Of a DNA stretch of 64,000 nucleotides, positions 14,240-28,829 are shown piece by piece. The stretch lies in the NCBI RefSeq assembly GCF_009914755.1, contig NC_060926.1; one strand, given 5' to 3'. The notes below the pieces were generated by a model, which saw only the letters and a program-made list of their open reading frames with translations, did no database searches and was not told where the DNA came from. Position numbers and translations under genes: made by a program. This DNA is from the human T2T-CHM13v2.0 reference genome, Homo sapiens. Each line of letters begins with the position of its first letter. Within the stretch, counting starts at the first letter, position 1.

Positions 14240-14575
14240 AACTATTTATTTTTAAATACTTATAGAGTCACAGGAAATTGCAAAAACATGTACAGGGAGG
14301 TCCCATGTAATCTTCACCGCCAAGGGTAACTCTTATATAACCATACTACAGTACAATGTCAAAACTAGGAAATTGGCATCAGTAAAGTCCACAGAATTTA
14401 TTTGGGCTTTACCAATTCTATGTGCATTCAAGTGCACATGTGTGTGTGTAGTTCTATGTAATTTCATCACTTGTAGACTCATGTAACTACCACCATACTC
14501 AAGATGCTGAACTGCTCAATCTCTCCAAGACTCCCTCTCGCCAGCACTTTGTAGCCATGCCTACCCATCTCCTGT
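14240..14575 (-). mobile_element. L1MC/MD 3' end fragment
   Basis: tatagagtcacaggaaattgcaaaaa, aaactaggaaattggcat, catgtaactaccacc motifs. Confidence 0.65.
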
Positions 14576-16369
14576 CAATAAAAACTAGTTTTTTAAAAAA
14601 ATGAGCAGTGTATATCTTAGGATATGATAGTTCCAACCCTACTTCATATCACTCATTTATTTCTATAGGACTCTGCTCATAACTGATTAAGGTTCAAATA
14701 TTGTTTCGTAGATAGTATTTACTAGGACAGTAAAGTTAGCCAGTCCAGTTTAGAAAGAATTTTAACACCAAAGAAGGCTGGCCTTAATTCTGAGTTTAGG
14801 AGGGACCTTAAGCAAAATGGAAAGGTGCCTGTGTGCTCCAGTGCCGTTTCCCATGGCCCTCTGCTGCCTTACTGCACTGCCTAGCCTTTGCGCATCGCTT
14901 TGGATACCTCAAATGCCCTGGGGCTGATAGGATGACAGTCAGCTCCCACTCTTAGCTTTCACATGGCCCTCACCACTGTGGGTGAGCCTCCAGGGTCCAT
15001 TTTCAACCCACATAATCTGCCATACCTATTCTGCTATACCTGTCATATCCCTAGTTGATTGTGTCTAGTCTCCCTTTTGTGTCTAGACTCCTTGGACAGG
15101 AGTCCTCTTGACTTCTTCCTCAGCCCTGTCTTGTACTTCTCTTGTAGGCTAATCTCTTAAATAGAAGAAGTAGGACAGACACCTTGTTTCCCACACCTGG
15201 AGGTGGTCACAGGATGGTAGGGCACTGCACCTTGCATCTATTTGTTCAGGACCTTGCAGTCCCAAATTTCCTAACCTTTAATAAAGTAATCTGAGCTAAC
15301 GTGTTAAAGAGTTTAATGTGCTATCCCTTGCAGAAATGACTGTAGTTCAAATAAAGAATTCCTAGTGAAGTAAAAGCCTTAACTCAAAGGAAATCAGAGT
15401 GAAACTCACAGAGTTATATATCTGCCTGATGACTCTTGGAAGTAATATTTTCCAGACGTGTGCCTTCTAACCTAACCCTAATCCTAATGCACCTATCGGG
15501 GATGGACCATTTCCCAAGCATTTTGGCCAACTGAGAATTTTCTATACATGGTTTTGAAATTGTAAGAACCTCAATTTACCCAGAGTTCTGAAAACCTGCT
15601 GAGATCTTGGAGTTGATTGGAATGTGCTCTGTTTTGGAACACAAGATTAATTTGTGGATTTGCAGCAATAAACAAATGGCTGAAAGCCAAACAGTGTAGC
15701 TATTTTCAGTGAGTCTTCAGTAATCCAGCATCATAGAGAAGTTAATTTCATACAAGTTTATCCCAATTAATCCTCTAAACTTGCCATTATTTAGTAACTC
15801 TGGTAGAATATTTAATGTGACTGCTTTTCTAAAGCATACTGAGTATCATTTTTCTTTTATTTGATGATTAAGGCTCAGTATATTGAACATAAATTAGCAT
15901 CCTGTGTACCTCTGTGATTTATGATTTTGAAGTATGTGGATTATCTGTTTTAATACCAGATGCCCCCAGTGCTGTTTTTAAAGTTCTGTTTGCTTTTGTT
16001 TTATTTGTCTCTTCCCTACTACTGAGAAGCTGTCACTCCTTGCTTGCCCTTTAGGTTTCCATCCTATCTTCTTCCCTTGCACAAACATAATATATTGCTT
16101 TTAATCCTTTGGATTTCGAATCCAGGTAACTAAATTTATTGGAGCTGTATGTATAATACAAGTGCATGTATTTGCCTTCTGGGTATTTCTCCTCTGAATT
16201 AAGTGTATGAATGTCAGAGTTTTTGGTATTTGGGGCCTTGATTTTGGTTTCACAAATCCTTTGTAAACTTACTTGCTACATGATCTCACTCCAGTGATTG
16301 TTTTAATAACTGAGATTTCCATATAAATATCCTCTGAATAGTTGAGGCATTACTGTAATGAGATTAATT

Positions 16370-17600
16370 CTTGCATTTAACAAATATTTATTGAGTGCCA
16401 AAGAAACACCTTCTAGGTGCTTAGAGTTTATAATTGAACAAAACAAAAGACTCTTGCTCTCATGGAGCTTACATTCTAACAAAGGAAATAGATAATAAAC
16501 CATAAACATAATAAATAAATTATATCTTATGTTTGAAGGCAGTATGTATTATGGAAGAAAAAACCCCAAAAAACAAATAGAGCCCAGTAAAAAATCAGGA
16601 GTGCCAGTGGGTGAAGACTGTAATATTAAATAGGGTGGGCAGAATAGGGTTCACTGGGAAAGTGATTTGAGCAAAGAGGCAGAGGAGTTTAACCAAGCAT
16701 ATGTTTAGGATAAGAATTCCTGGCAATGGGAACAACCAGTGCAAAGGCTCAGGTGTGGGTGCGTGTGTAGGTTGTTTGAGGGATGGTAAGGATGTTGTGG
16801 CCAGGGTGAAGTGAACAAGGGAAAGGGTAGGAGAGGAAGTGAGACAGAGAATGAGGGCAGATCACATAGGAACTTGACAGCTGTTATAAAGATCTTGGGT
16901 TTTACTCTGAGTGAAATAGGAGCCATGAAAGTTTTTGAACAGAGGAATGATATAATCTGGCTTACATTTTCAAAAGATCACTATGACTGCAACGTTGAAA
17001 AGATGCTGGGGGAAGGGGGACAATGGTGGAAGAAGGGAGAGCTATAAGGAAGCTATTTCAGTAATCTAGGTGAAAGCTGATGGTGGCTTGGATCAGGGGA
17101 ACAGCAGTGAAGATAATGAGAAGCAGTAGGATACATTTTGGAGGTAGAACCAATAGGACATGCTTATGAATTGAATGTGGAAGTGTATGGGAAAGAAGAG
17201 TCAAGGATAATTCTAAGCATTTTGGGCTGGGTCATTTGGAGGACTGTGGGTCATCTGTTATGACGCGGAAGGCTGTAGATAAGAGGGGGAGTTCAATTTT
17301 GGACATGTTGAGTTTGAGATACCTATTAGACATTCAATTCTAGATGTTAAGTGTGAAATTGGATATATGCCTCTGGAGTTTGGGAGAGAGGTCTGAGCTG
17401 GAGATATACATTTGGGGATCATTAATACATAGATGACACTTAAAGCCATGAGATGGGAGAATACCAAAAAAGTGAGCATTGAAAGAGAGGAGTTCAGAAG
17501 GAAAGAGAGTAACTAGCAAAAGAAGCTGCATGGGATTGACCAATGAAGCAGGAAGAAGATAAAGGGAATGTCAACCGTGTTTTGAAAGGCAAGTAAAGAT
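16370..17600 (-). mobile_element. L2 (L2a-like), about 1.2 kb
   Basis: catttaacaaatatttattgagtgcc tail; ggacatgttgagtttgagat, ggagtttgggagagaggtctgagctggagat. Confidence 0.8.
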
Positions 17601-18976
17601 GTTTTCAAATATTCAGACAGATTGTGTCATGTTGACAAAACATCAGGAAGAAGAAAGACCAAAATCTGGGGTTGCATTTGAAGTTTTATTTCTTACAGGT
17701 GATATGGCTAGTAGGTCTATTTTTCCAGTGTGGTTGGCAGTTGGGCTGATTGCAGACTCTGTGGCAGGTCTTCAAATGGTATTGTGAAGAAGCTGGCAGT
17801 ACTAAAAACAAAAATAAAAGATTTTGCATACAAAGTGCAGGGCAAATGCATAGCCTGTGACCTAGGTTAGAGTGAGATCATTCAATGAGAATGCAGGTAA
17901 GTGGGAAAGTAAAGGAAGATGAAAAATCAAGGCATGGAGGTGCAGAGGGCAAGGGGGAGGATGACATGGATGCAATTATGAAATTAGGGTGTTATTTCTC
18001 CATAACAGATGGGAAAAGAACAGAGAGTCAACATCACTGTGATAAATACTGAACAGCAAGGAAGCAAATGATCACAGCTGAGGCATGCGAGCCGCTGTGA
18101 AACTCAGAAGTGATATTATCAATAAAGCCAGAGTTGTCAAGTGATTACCAAATAAACAACATATGGTTCATTGGTTGCCATGTCCCTGGAAACATATCCT
18201 CTTAGGAGATGGTATGCCTCTGTAAATGAGTTTCTGGTTTGTGCATACTTGCTTTTGGTACATATGGCAGTTGTGACATTGTAACTACCCAGTTTACCAA
18301 TAAGCAAAACTGCTGCCAAAAAGACAACTATAGATTTCTCATTCTGGATAAGATGGAGTGGATTCAATTCTTCCTATTCCTCCTACTAAGTACAATTCTA
18401 AACCCTGGACGTTATATATAAACAAACAAAGAAAGACTCTAAAAGGCAGAGAGAAAAGGCAGACTGGCTTGGGCCCTCTCTATCTGAAGGACACAGTGGT
18501 GAATTCCTTGAATTTTCTCTTTTCCTCATGTATCCCAGGCTGGATATTGACAGCTACCCAGAAACACCAATGGGCACAGACAAAAAAATGCCCCAAGAAA
18601 AGCTTACTCTTTGTAGCCATAAAACAAGGAAAATAGAATCCCAGAGAAATAGAAAACTTTCAGATAACTGCTCTACTATGCAAACACCACAGAAGAAACC
18701 ACAGGCTTACCTCCACCCCCATCAGCAAAGACCAAATGAGGAGCCTAATCATCCATCCTTGGTTGGTTGTGATGAAGCAGCTCTTTACTCCTAGATTTTA
18801 AAGGCATCATCATAAAAATACTCCACTGAGCAATTATGAACACAGAGCATATGAAAAAACAGAATGTTTAAGCAAAGAATAGAAAGCCTTAGCAAAGAAA
18901 TACAAGAAATAAAGAAGAAAGAAGTGGAAATTTTAGAACTGAAAAATACAACAACTGAAATTTAAAAGTGAATGGA

Positions 18977-19982
<1,006 letters not shown>

Positions 19983-20382
19983 TGAAGTGGAACATTTTTC
20001 AAATGTGGGAAAAAAAAGAATTGTCAACCCAGAATTCTATACCCAGTGAAAATATCCTTCAGGAATGAAGGGGGAACCAAGCTGTCTCCAGATGAAGAAA
20101 AACTAAGAGGAGTTGTGACTAGTAGTCCTAGCCAAGAAGAATTACTAAAAGAAGTTCCTGAAACAGAAAGGAAATGAGAAAAGAAGGAATCTTGGAATAT
20201 CAGGGAGAAAGAAGGAACATGGAAAGAGTAAATATATGAAGCACAGGAGAAAGGAGATTGAATTAAAGTTGCATAACTTGCAAAACAGAAATGTACAAGG
20301 AGATCAGTGGGTGCTAGAATGGGTAACTCTCAATGCAAGTGCCCTCCTGTTTCCACTATCCTTAAAAAAACATGCTGCTTTC

Positions 20383-20717
<335 letters not shown>

Positions 20718-22509
20718 TTAAAAGCCCCTCAATAATATTCTTAAATTACCCACTTGGTATACAAGAACGATGTTAGTTGGTGAGCATGTACAGCTCCTTC
20801 TGCTTCCTGACTTCTATCCAGCATTCCTCCCTCTCCAGTAATCCAGCCACCCCACATGCAAGATCTCTTCCTGAGATATAGACTGCCCCACCCTGGCCTC
20901 CACTGTTTCTTTTGCCAGACTGCGAGGAGAATCACATATTTATCACTGAGATCTATGCTCTTTATGGAGTCCCAAAAGTGGTTGGAAAAAATTTCTTTGA
21001 TCAAGGGCATCACTTATACTCAGTCTTTATTCTCACTCTGCCTCTTCACCTGATAATTATTAATTTTTTGGAACCCCAAAGGCTGAGCTTGTCTATAAGA
21101 GGCCTTCTGTCTGGGATTGGGGCTGCATTTGTCCCCAGTTAGAGGCAGGGGACAGAAGAAGAGGTGGCCAACAGTGGACACACCTGGCTGTTGAGCAACA
21201 ACTTTTATCTCCCTGGCTTCAGACTTCCTATATCCCAGCCTTGTATTTGGACAATGTTGCTGCCTAACACAAGGTCATAGATAGGAATCACGTGGTGTAA
21301 CCTGGGGAGTGAACATCTTTGCATTTACATGGACCTGCTATCTTAGCTGATATACACATAGGGAAGTGGCGAGTGGGGCCATTGATAAAACACTGATTGT
21401 GGACTTGCAAGGCCTCTGCTCTGAGTGACTGTGGGATACACAATGAGATAATAATAAACCTGTGTGACCATGAAGGCCAGTGTGCTGTTATGAGAATTGA
21501 GTGGTGAATGTTAGTGATGCCTTCTAGTTATTAAAGAAGGAAAGGCTTATTTAACTTATTTTTTGAAACTAAGGTCTCCAAGATGAGAGCCTGGTATGAT
21601 TGAGTGGATGGCACAGTAAATCTTTTTCTAACTTGATGAGCCAGTCTGTTGAAGAAACTCTGGCAGAATATGAAGCTCTCAAATCCCAGAACCTACTTTC
21701 CTCTGATGCCTTCCTCAATCTAAGTACACCCTCTTCTTCACCATCATTTTATCATACAGCCACTTTCCTTGTCTTGAGTCATACAGGAATAAGGAAATAA
21801 CATTCAAAAGAATTTTTATAAAGCCTTTGTGTGTTGCCTATTTGTCATATATTGAACAATGTGCTACATGTGACCCTGATGCCGGGGCTCAGTCCTTAGA
21901 AGGGGACAGTCCTTGCCATTATAGAAATTACCTGGAACACGGACACTGAACAGAGGGGTGTTTAATGTAATTTTCATATGTGCTATGAGAAATCAGATCA
22001 GACTTTGAGAACATACACAGGGGAGATCAGATCAGATTTCCCCAGAGGAGGTGGCATGAAAGCAATAAACAGGAGTAGGTGAGAGAACATCAGAGGGTCT
22101 TATGTACACAGTACCTTTTGATTATCATCTCATTCAGATGATTTATTTCCTGGTTTCAAGAAGCCCCCCATGTAGCCAGGAACATGTACATGAATTGTGA
22201 ATTAATCATTTCGACTTAGTGATATATGGATTAGGAAAAAATGACCTGCAGATTTCTCTGGCTAGATAGTACAGGCAAACTTTTGAAGGAATTTGTTATA
22301 AATAATGTTGACTTTTCCAGTTTAATGCAATGAAAATATTATCTAGTTTGTCCATTTTTGAAATATTTGTATGTTGATGTATGTTACAAAATAGTAAATG
22401 TATACATATTCATATTTCCTTTTTTTGGTATTTTCTGATTATGCTAAGAAAGGGACTCTGTATGCAAATCAAAGGAAATACTACTTAACCTATAAAAAGT
22501 AATACTATC

Positions 22510-22813
22510 GGCCAGACACCATGGCTCACACCTGTAATCACAACACTGTGGGAGACCGAGATGGGAGGATCACTCGAACCCAGGAGTTTGGAACCAACTT
22601 GGGCAAACACAGGGAGACTCTTGTCTCTACAAAAATAAAAAAAAATTAGCCAAGCATGGTGGTGCATGCCTGTGGTCCCAGCTACTCAGGAGACTGAAGT
22701 GGCAGGATCGCTTGAGCTCAGGAGATTGAGGTTGCATTGAACCATGATCACGCACTGCGCTCCAGCCTGGGTGACAAAACGAGACCCTGTCTCAAAAAAA
22801 AAAAAGAAAGAAA
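22510..22813 (+). mobile_element. AluJ-type SINE
   Basis: Full dimer with J diagnostics. Confidence 0.9.
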
Positions 22814-23456
22814 GTAGTACTGTCATTTCATGATTCAAGTCTTTCTTGTTCACCATTAAACATGCCTTATCTCCTTACATGATTCTTACACAAAGTAGGT
22901 GCCAGGTAAAATTTTATTTGCTGTTTGAATTGACATGGAACTTGCAGAGGTACCATCCCAAAATCCTGGAGTCCTACCATAGGTGAGTGCATTTCCTGCT
23001 TTTATTTTGTTTGACTTTTCAATGGAAATGTAGTCGAAGGAGTGTAGGTGAGATGGGCTCGGCAGGATGTGGGTGGAAGATGTGATCTCACTTGTCCCAA
23101 TAAAAGGGTAGCAGTGAGTCCAGATCCCCTGAGATACAGCTGGGACTCTTCAGTTTGGATGCCCGTGGAGAGAATCTTAATTAAAGAGCATCCATGCCTG
23201 AACTCTGGAAGGCAATGACTTGCCCCTTTTGTGGGAACTACTTTGAGAGCCATACCCTTATGACGTGTCTACACAGTATCTAAGGTGCCTGCCTTCTTGG
23301 TGATGGAGATTGACAAAAGACTTTTTGTCTGTCCAGAGTGCTTTTCAGTTTTATGGGAGAAGCACTGGGCAATTTGGTCAGCCTTATCAGAGTTGGAGCC
23401 AGCACTGAACATGGGCCTGAGAATTTGCCCTGGGAAGGTGAATTTCTATGGGACCA

Positions 23457-23907
23457 TGTATTAGTTTCCTACAACTGCCAAAACAAAGTACCACAAACTG
23501 GGTGGCTTAAAGAATAGGAATGTATTGTCTAACAGTTCTGGAGGCTAGAAATCTGAAATGAAGGCGTTGTCAGGACAGTGTTTCTTCTGGAGACTTTAGA
23601 GAAGAAGACTTCCTTGCCTCTTCCTAGCCTCTGATGGTTGCTTGGCATTCCCTGGCTTGTAGATGCATCACTCCAATTGCTGCCTCCATCATAACATGGT
23701 TGTCTTGCCTCCGTGTCTGTTTCTGTGTGTCCTCTCCTTTTCTCAGAAGGACACTGGTCATATTGGATTTAGGGAGAACCCTAGTTCTATATGACCTCTT
23801 CTTAACGAATTACATCTGCAAAGACCCTCTTTCCAAATAAGGTTACATTCTGAGTTCCAGGTGGCATGACTTTGGAGGGTAGGGGTGACACTGTTCAACC
23901 CAGTACA
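23457..23907 (-). mobile_element. MLT1 (MLT1C/D-like) solo LTR
   Basis: tgtattagtttcct...aagtaccacaaactgggtggcttaa...ttcaacccagtaca; TSD GACCA/GACAA. Confidence 0.85.
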
Positions 23908-23911
23908 GACA

Positions 23912-24585
23912 ATAACAGGAAAACTCAGAAAAGAATCTACCTGTTCCATTTTCCTAAACTATTTTGAAGACCTGTGTCTAATATTCCATGAACCCAACTT
24001 CTGCTTCATCTATCCCAAGAGAGAAAGAGCCAGGATGGTCTTTTTACTTGTCCCTAGTGTCTTGCCATCTCTCACACACAGAGGATCCAGATCAACATGG
24101 TCCTGGGGATGCTGGTGTCTGAGATCATGACTATGCCTGTGCTGAGTATGTACTGTGGGATGCTGAAGTTTTATGTGTATGTAAGCCTGGATCCAGCCAT
24201 GGCCAACGATTTCCTCATATTTTCCTATGACCTTAGGAACATCAGATATGGGTACATCCAGCAAAACCAACCAGAGAACATGGAGATACTCATCTCTACC
24301 GCTGGTGCTGGGTTCCCCTCTCATCGGTCTGGCTGCCACTGTTGGGAGGTGGAAGTGGGAGGCCCAGCTGAACGGGCTCTGGGTGTGTGCAGAGAATCTG
24401 CATATTGCAAAGGGACTTTCCCTGTATCTTTAGACTTTGGGTTCTGGATTGTGGGCTCAGGGGAGGACATGAAGTAGCTGTCACTTCTGAACCCTGGGCT
24501 GTTCTCTGTGTGAAGCCCAATTTGCAGAAGGTGGGGTTTTTCCTGGACTGTGGTGTTGAAAGCCATTTTATGTTTCAGTGTCACA
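23912..24585 (+). pseudogene. Decayed RING + PRY/SPRY (B30.2) gene, RFPL (ret finger protein-like)/TRIM-family pseudogene
   Basis: Pieced translation: (I/M)TGKLRKESTCSIFLNYFEDL..NFCF..DGLFTCP*CLAISHTQRIQINMVLGMLVSEI..MLKFYVYVSLDPAMANDFLIFSYDLRNIRYGYIQQNQPEN../LVLGSP/SGCHCWEVEVGGPAERALGVCRESAYCKGTFPVSLDFGFWIVG/LRGG..LQKVGFFLDCG. B30.2 hallmarks LDP, VLGS, WEVE, LGVCRES, GFW and VG.FLD occur in the correct order. In-frame TAG at 24055-24057 and several frameshifts. Confidence 0.88.
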
Positions 24586-24719
24586 TGTGAATTAGAGTTC
24601 TTGTCCCTTAAAAATGGGCTTATCATACCTAATTAAACAAGATATCTTGCAGATTTATGATATCTTATTTTTTTTTAAGTTCAGTTGAGGCACTGAATTT
24701 TTACTTTTATTTATGTATT

Positions 24720-25440
<721 letters not shown>

Positions 25441-25700
25441 CGATTCTGAAACTGTGTGCAAGGAAAGCTACAAGCAATTGCAGCATTTTCTTGTATGGTT
25501 TTGTTTTTGATTGTCTCACTTCTAGTCAAGTTGGCTGTTTTCAGCTCAACAAATTCTGAGAACTTTCTTTTAAAATGTGCCTAATTGGCTTTTTGATGTG
25601 TTGTAAAAGTCATAGTTTTTTATATACGGTCATAGGTCATCCAAGATACAATAAGGTTTGGGTTGTGAAGATAAACTCTCTATTTTAAATAAACATATAA

Positions 25701-26018
<318 letters not shown>

Positions 26019-26375
26019 TAAATACTCTGTTTTAAAAAAACATATAAACATATGCATGGACAGTTGAATCTATGAGGAAAATGAGATTGTGCTGAGATTG
26101 AACATAGCCCACTAAAGAAAAATAACCTAAAGATGGAAGCCTAGGAAATAATTTTTTCTTTCTGCTTTCTTGGAAAACAAAGACACCAAGTGGTTATATT
26201 TCTTTTTTTATTTTCAAAACTTTAGAAATAAGGATCCATATGCTTTTTAGAGCCTACCTTTGTGTGTACCTCCAAATAACTGTCTGTGAAATGGCCCTGC
26301 CAGCATCTTCTCTTGAGTTTATTGTGGAAAGCTTAAAAGATGACACTAGGTTCCAGAGTCTATAGTGATTCATGG

Positions 26376-26651
26376 TTTTTTTGTTTGTTTCTGTTTTTTT
26401 GAGACACAGTCTCCCCATGTTGCCCAGGCTGGAGTGCAGTGGCACAATCTCGGCTGACTGCAACCTCAGCCTCCCGAGTAGCTGGGATTACAGGCGCCTG
26501 CCACCGTGCCCAGCTCATTTTTTTTATTTTTAGTAGAGACGGGGTTTCGTCATGTTGGCCAGGCTGGTCTCGAACTCCTGACCTCAAGTGATCTGCCCGC
26601 CTCAGCCTCCCAGAGTGCTAGGATTACAGGCATGAGCCACCGCGCCTGGCC
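26376..26651 (-). mobile_element. AluS SINE with internal deletion
   Basis: Reverse Alu lacking about 30 nt between the gcaacctc and agcctccc repeats; TSD tgattcatg. Confidence 0.9.
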
Positions 26652-27691
26652 TGATTCATGTTTTGATGCGTGACTTTTTATTGACTGGGACAAAATGTAT
26701 ACACTGCTTGTGCAGACAGTTCCCAATCTCTACCAGGTGAAATCTTGAGAGTTATTAAAGTCAAGGAGGGAGCTCAAGGCCATTGAGAGGATGTATGGAC
26801 CAGCAGACAATCATTCATGCAAGAAATGTATTGCCATTTTAAAATGTGAAGAGGAAAAATATATCTACCAAAAAACCTTAATTTTGCTTGGTTTTATGTT
26901 ATAGGGACATTCAGTACAACAGAAAATGAAGCTATTTATAGTCCTGTGTTTGTAAACAAATATTTGATTTATCACATTTTTGAACAATTCCAATAGGAAG
27001 CTGCACTAGTTTATGGGAGCCAGTAGAATTTTTGCAACCAAAAGTAAAAAAAAAAAAAAAGAAAGAAAAAAAAGCTGTGGATTCATCAAGAAATCACACT
27101 TCCTGGCGTGAGTACTCAGGCGGAAGAGTGCCAGTTGTAGGTGCCGGTGACATCATTAGCATAATCAGTTCTGCCAAAGACATTCTTCACTGTTTCTGCA
27201 CCATGGTGCTGATTCTGGGGATTCCCATATAACTCCAAAGTACCAAAGATTACAGTCCCTTATTGCACATTAAAATATCTGTGGCCTACTGGTTTCCATG
27301 AAAAGCTCGACATTGGCCAAGATGGAAAACCAAAAGACTGCTGCATATTGTTGTGACAAATTCTTTTAAAAACTCAAGAATGCAAAATCTTTCATCTCAA
27401 ACTATTTCAGTAAAATTGTTGCTTCAGGTAGATGTTTCCTCTGCATTTCACAGCTCTCCGTGTACTCTCACAGAGAACTGAATACCATCATGAGACGACG
27501 AGCATGCCACCCACAGAAGCACCAACATGGTGGTGTGGGGCAAGGACGTGGGATCACCATTTCCCTTTCCTTATGTGTGAATGTGGAGCAAATCATGATA
27601 TGGTGGAAGGGGGAGAACTAGACCTAGGTTAAGCTGTGAAACTTCAGGGAAGTTGTCTTGGGGTATACGTCTTAAGGAGGTTCTAAATCAT

Positions 27692-28208
27692 TGTTAGGGT
27701 AAAAGGAATTTTCCTTCCTTGAAGGTTTGATCTCTGGAATAAACTTGACAGTAGACAGCAGAAAAGGCATACACATTTATTAGTGTGTATGCATGGGAGT
27801 CACGAAAAGTATGAAACTCAAAGGAAGGCCAGATGGTTGAAGCTTAGACACCCTCTTCATAGGGGAGAGGCAAGTAGGGGATGTAGACAATTTTAGAGGA
27901 AGATTAAAAGATTCTGGGGGAAAGGAATGGGCCTGAAGAACAGACAGTAGCCTGGGACAAAGTCTGTCTGAGCTCTGGGTGTGATATCCACCCCTGTCTT
28001 CCTTCCTGGGGTATGCATCAATTTCCCCTGGTTGACAAGATATCTGGGAAAGAGATTCATACAGTTGAATATCTTCTGGAGGATCTGGCCTTTAAGTAGA
28101 TAGGGGGAGTTCAGGGAAAGCCCTTCCCTGCATTTGCTGCTCCCCAGGTGCTCTCAGTTTGAAGTTCAAAGCAGCATATTTTGGGGTATTGCTTTCTGAA
28201 CCCCAACA
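27692..28208 (-). mobile_element. ERV1-class solo LTR (MER34/MER39-like)
   Basis: tgttaggg...agaaaaggcatacacatttattag...catattttggggt...ctgaaccccaaca. Confidence 0.7.
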
Positions 28209-28248
28209 ACACCAACAGAAATAAGATATGGAGAAAATTGAGCTTATC

Positions 28249-28441
28249 TAGGTTCCCAGATAAAATATATGATGTCCAACTGAGTTTGAATTTCAGATAA
28301 ATGACAAATAATTTTAAAATATAAGTATGTTCCAATTATTACAATGGGACATCTTACATTAAAAAAACTGAAATTCATTTATCTGAAATTCAAATATAAG
28401 TGGGTGTCCAATATTTGTATTTGCAAAATCTGGCAACCCTA
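28249..28441. mobile_element. MER53 palindromic hAT MITE
   Basis: taggttcccagataaaat...tttgaatttcagataaa...tttatctgaaattcaaa...atctggcaacccta; 8-bp TSD agcttatc/ggcttacc. Confidence 0.85.
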
Positions 28442-28829
28442 GGCTTACCAGAACTCTTCACACAAAAATACTGTTTAGGGATGGAGTATCCCTTGAAGGG
28501 ATCCAAGGGTGGATAAAAAGGTGATCATGATGAACCACATATAGTCTAACACCCTTCTAAAGAGGGTGAGACTAATTAAATGCAGGGTTTTTGCTGATGT
28601 ATTTGGTGGTGTATGCATGCATACCCACTTTTGTTTGTTGACAGAGTATGCTAAACTGCTTGAGGAAGTATAAGAATACCTGAGAGCTGCCACTGGCTGG
28701 TCCTTCTCCTCTGGTCAGCTACTCTGCTAAATAAATATTGAACCAACAGTCAGAGAATGTTTGAAGTGGACCCCGATTATCTGCCTGCCTGGGGCAGTCA
28801 CACATCTGTGGGTGGCCCTGATCAAAAAT

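Noticed and set aside
15467-15488. Telomere-like ctaacctaaccctaatcctaat
   Set aside because: Only one perfect CCCTAA unit; too short to call an interstitial telomeric repeat.
24097-24477. 126-aa open frame within the B30.2 remnant as an intact protein
   Set aside because: The RING is cut off by a TAG and frameshifts, the VLGSP segment is out of frame and the SPRY C-terminus is shifted or missing; treated as a pseudogene.
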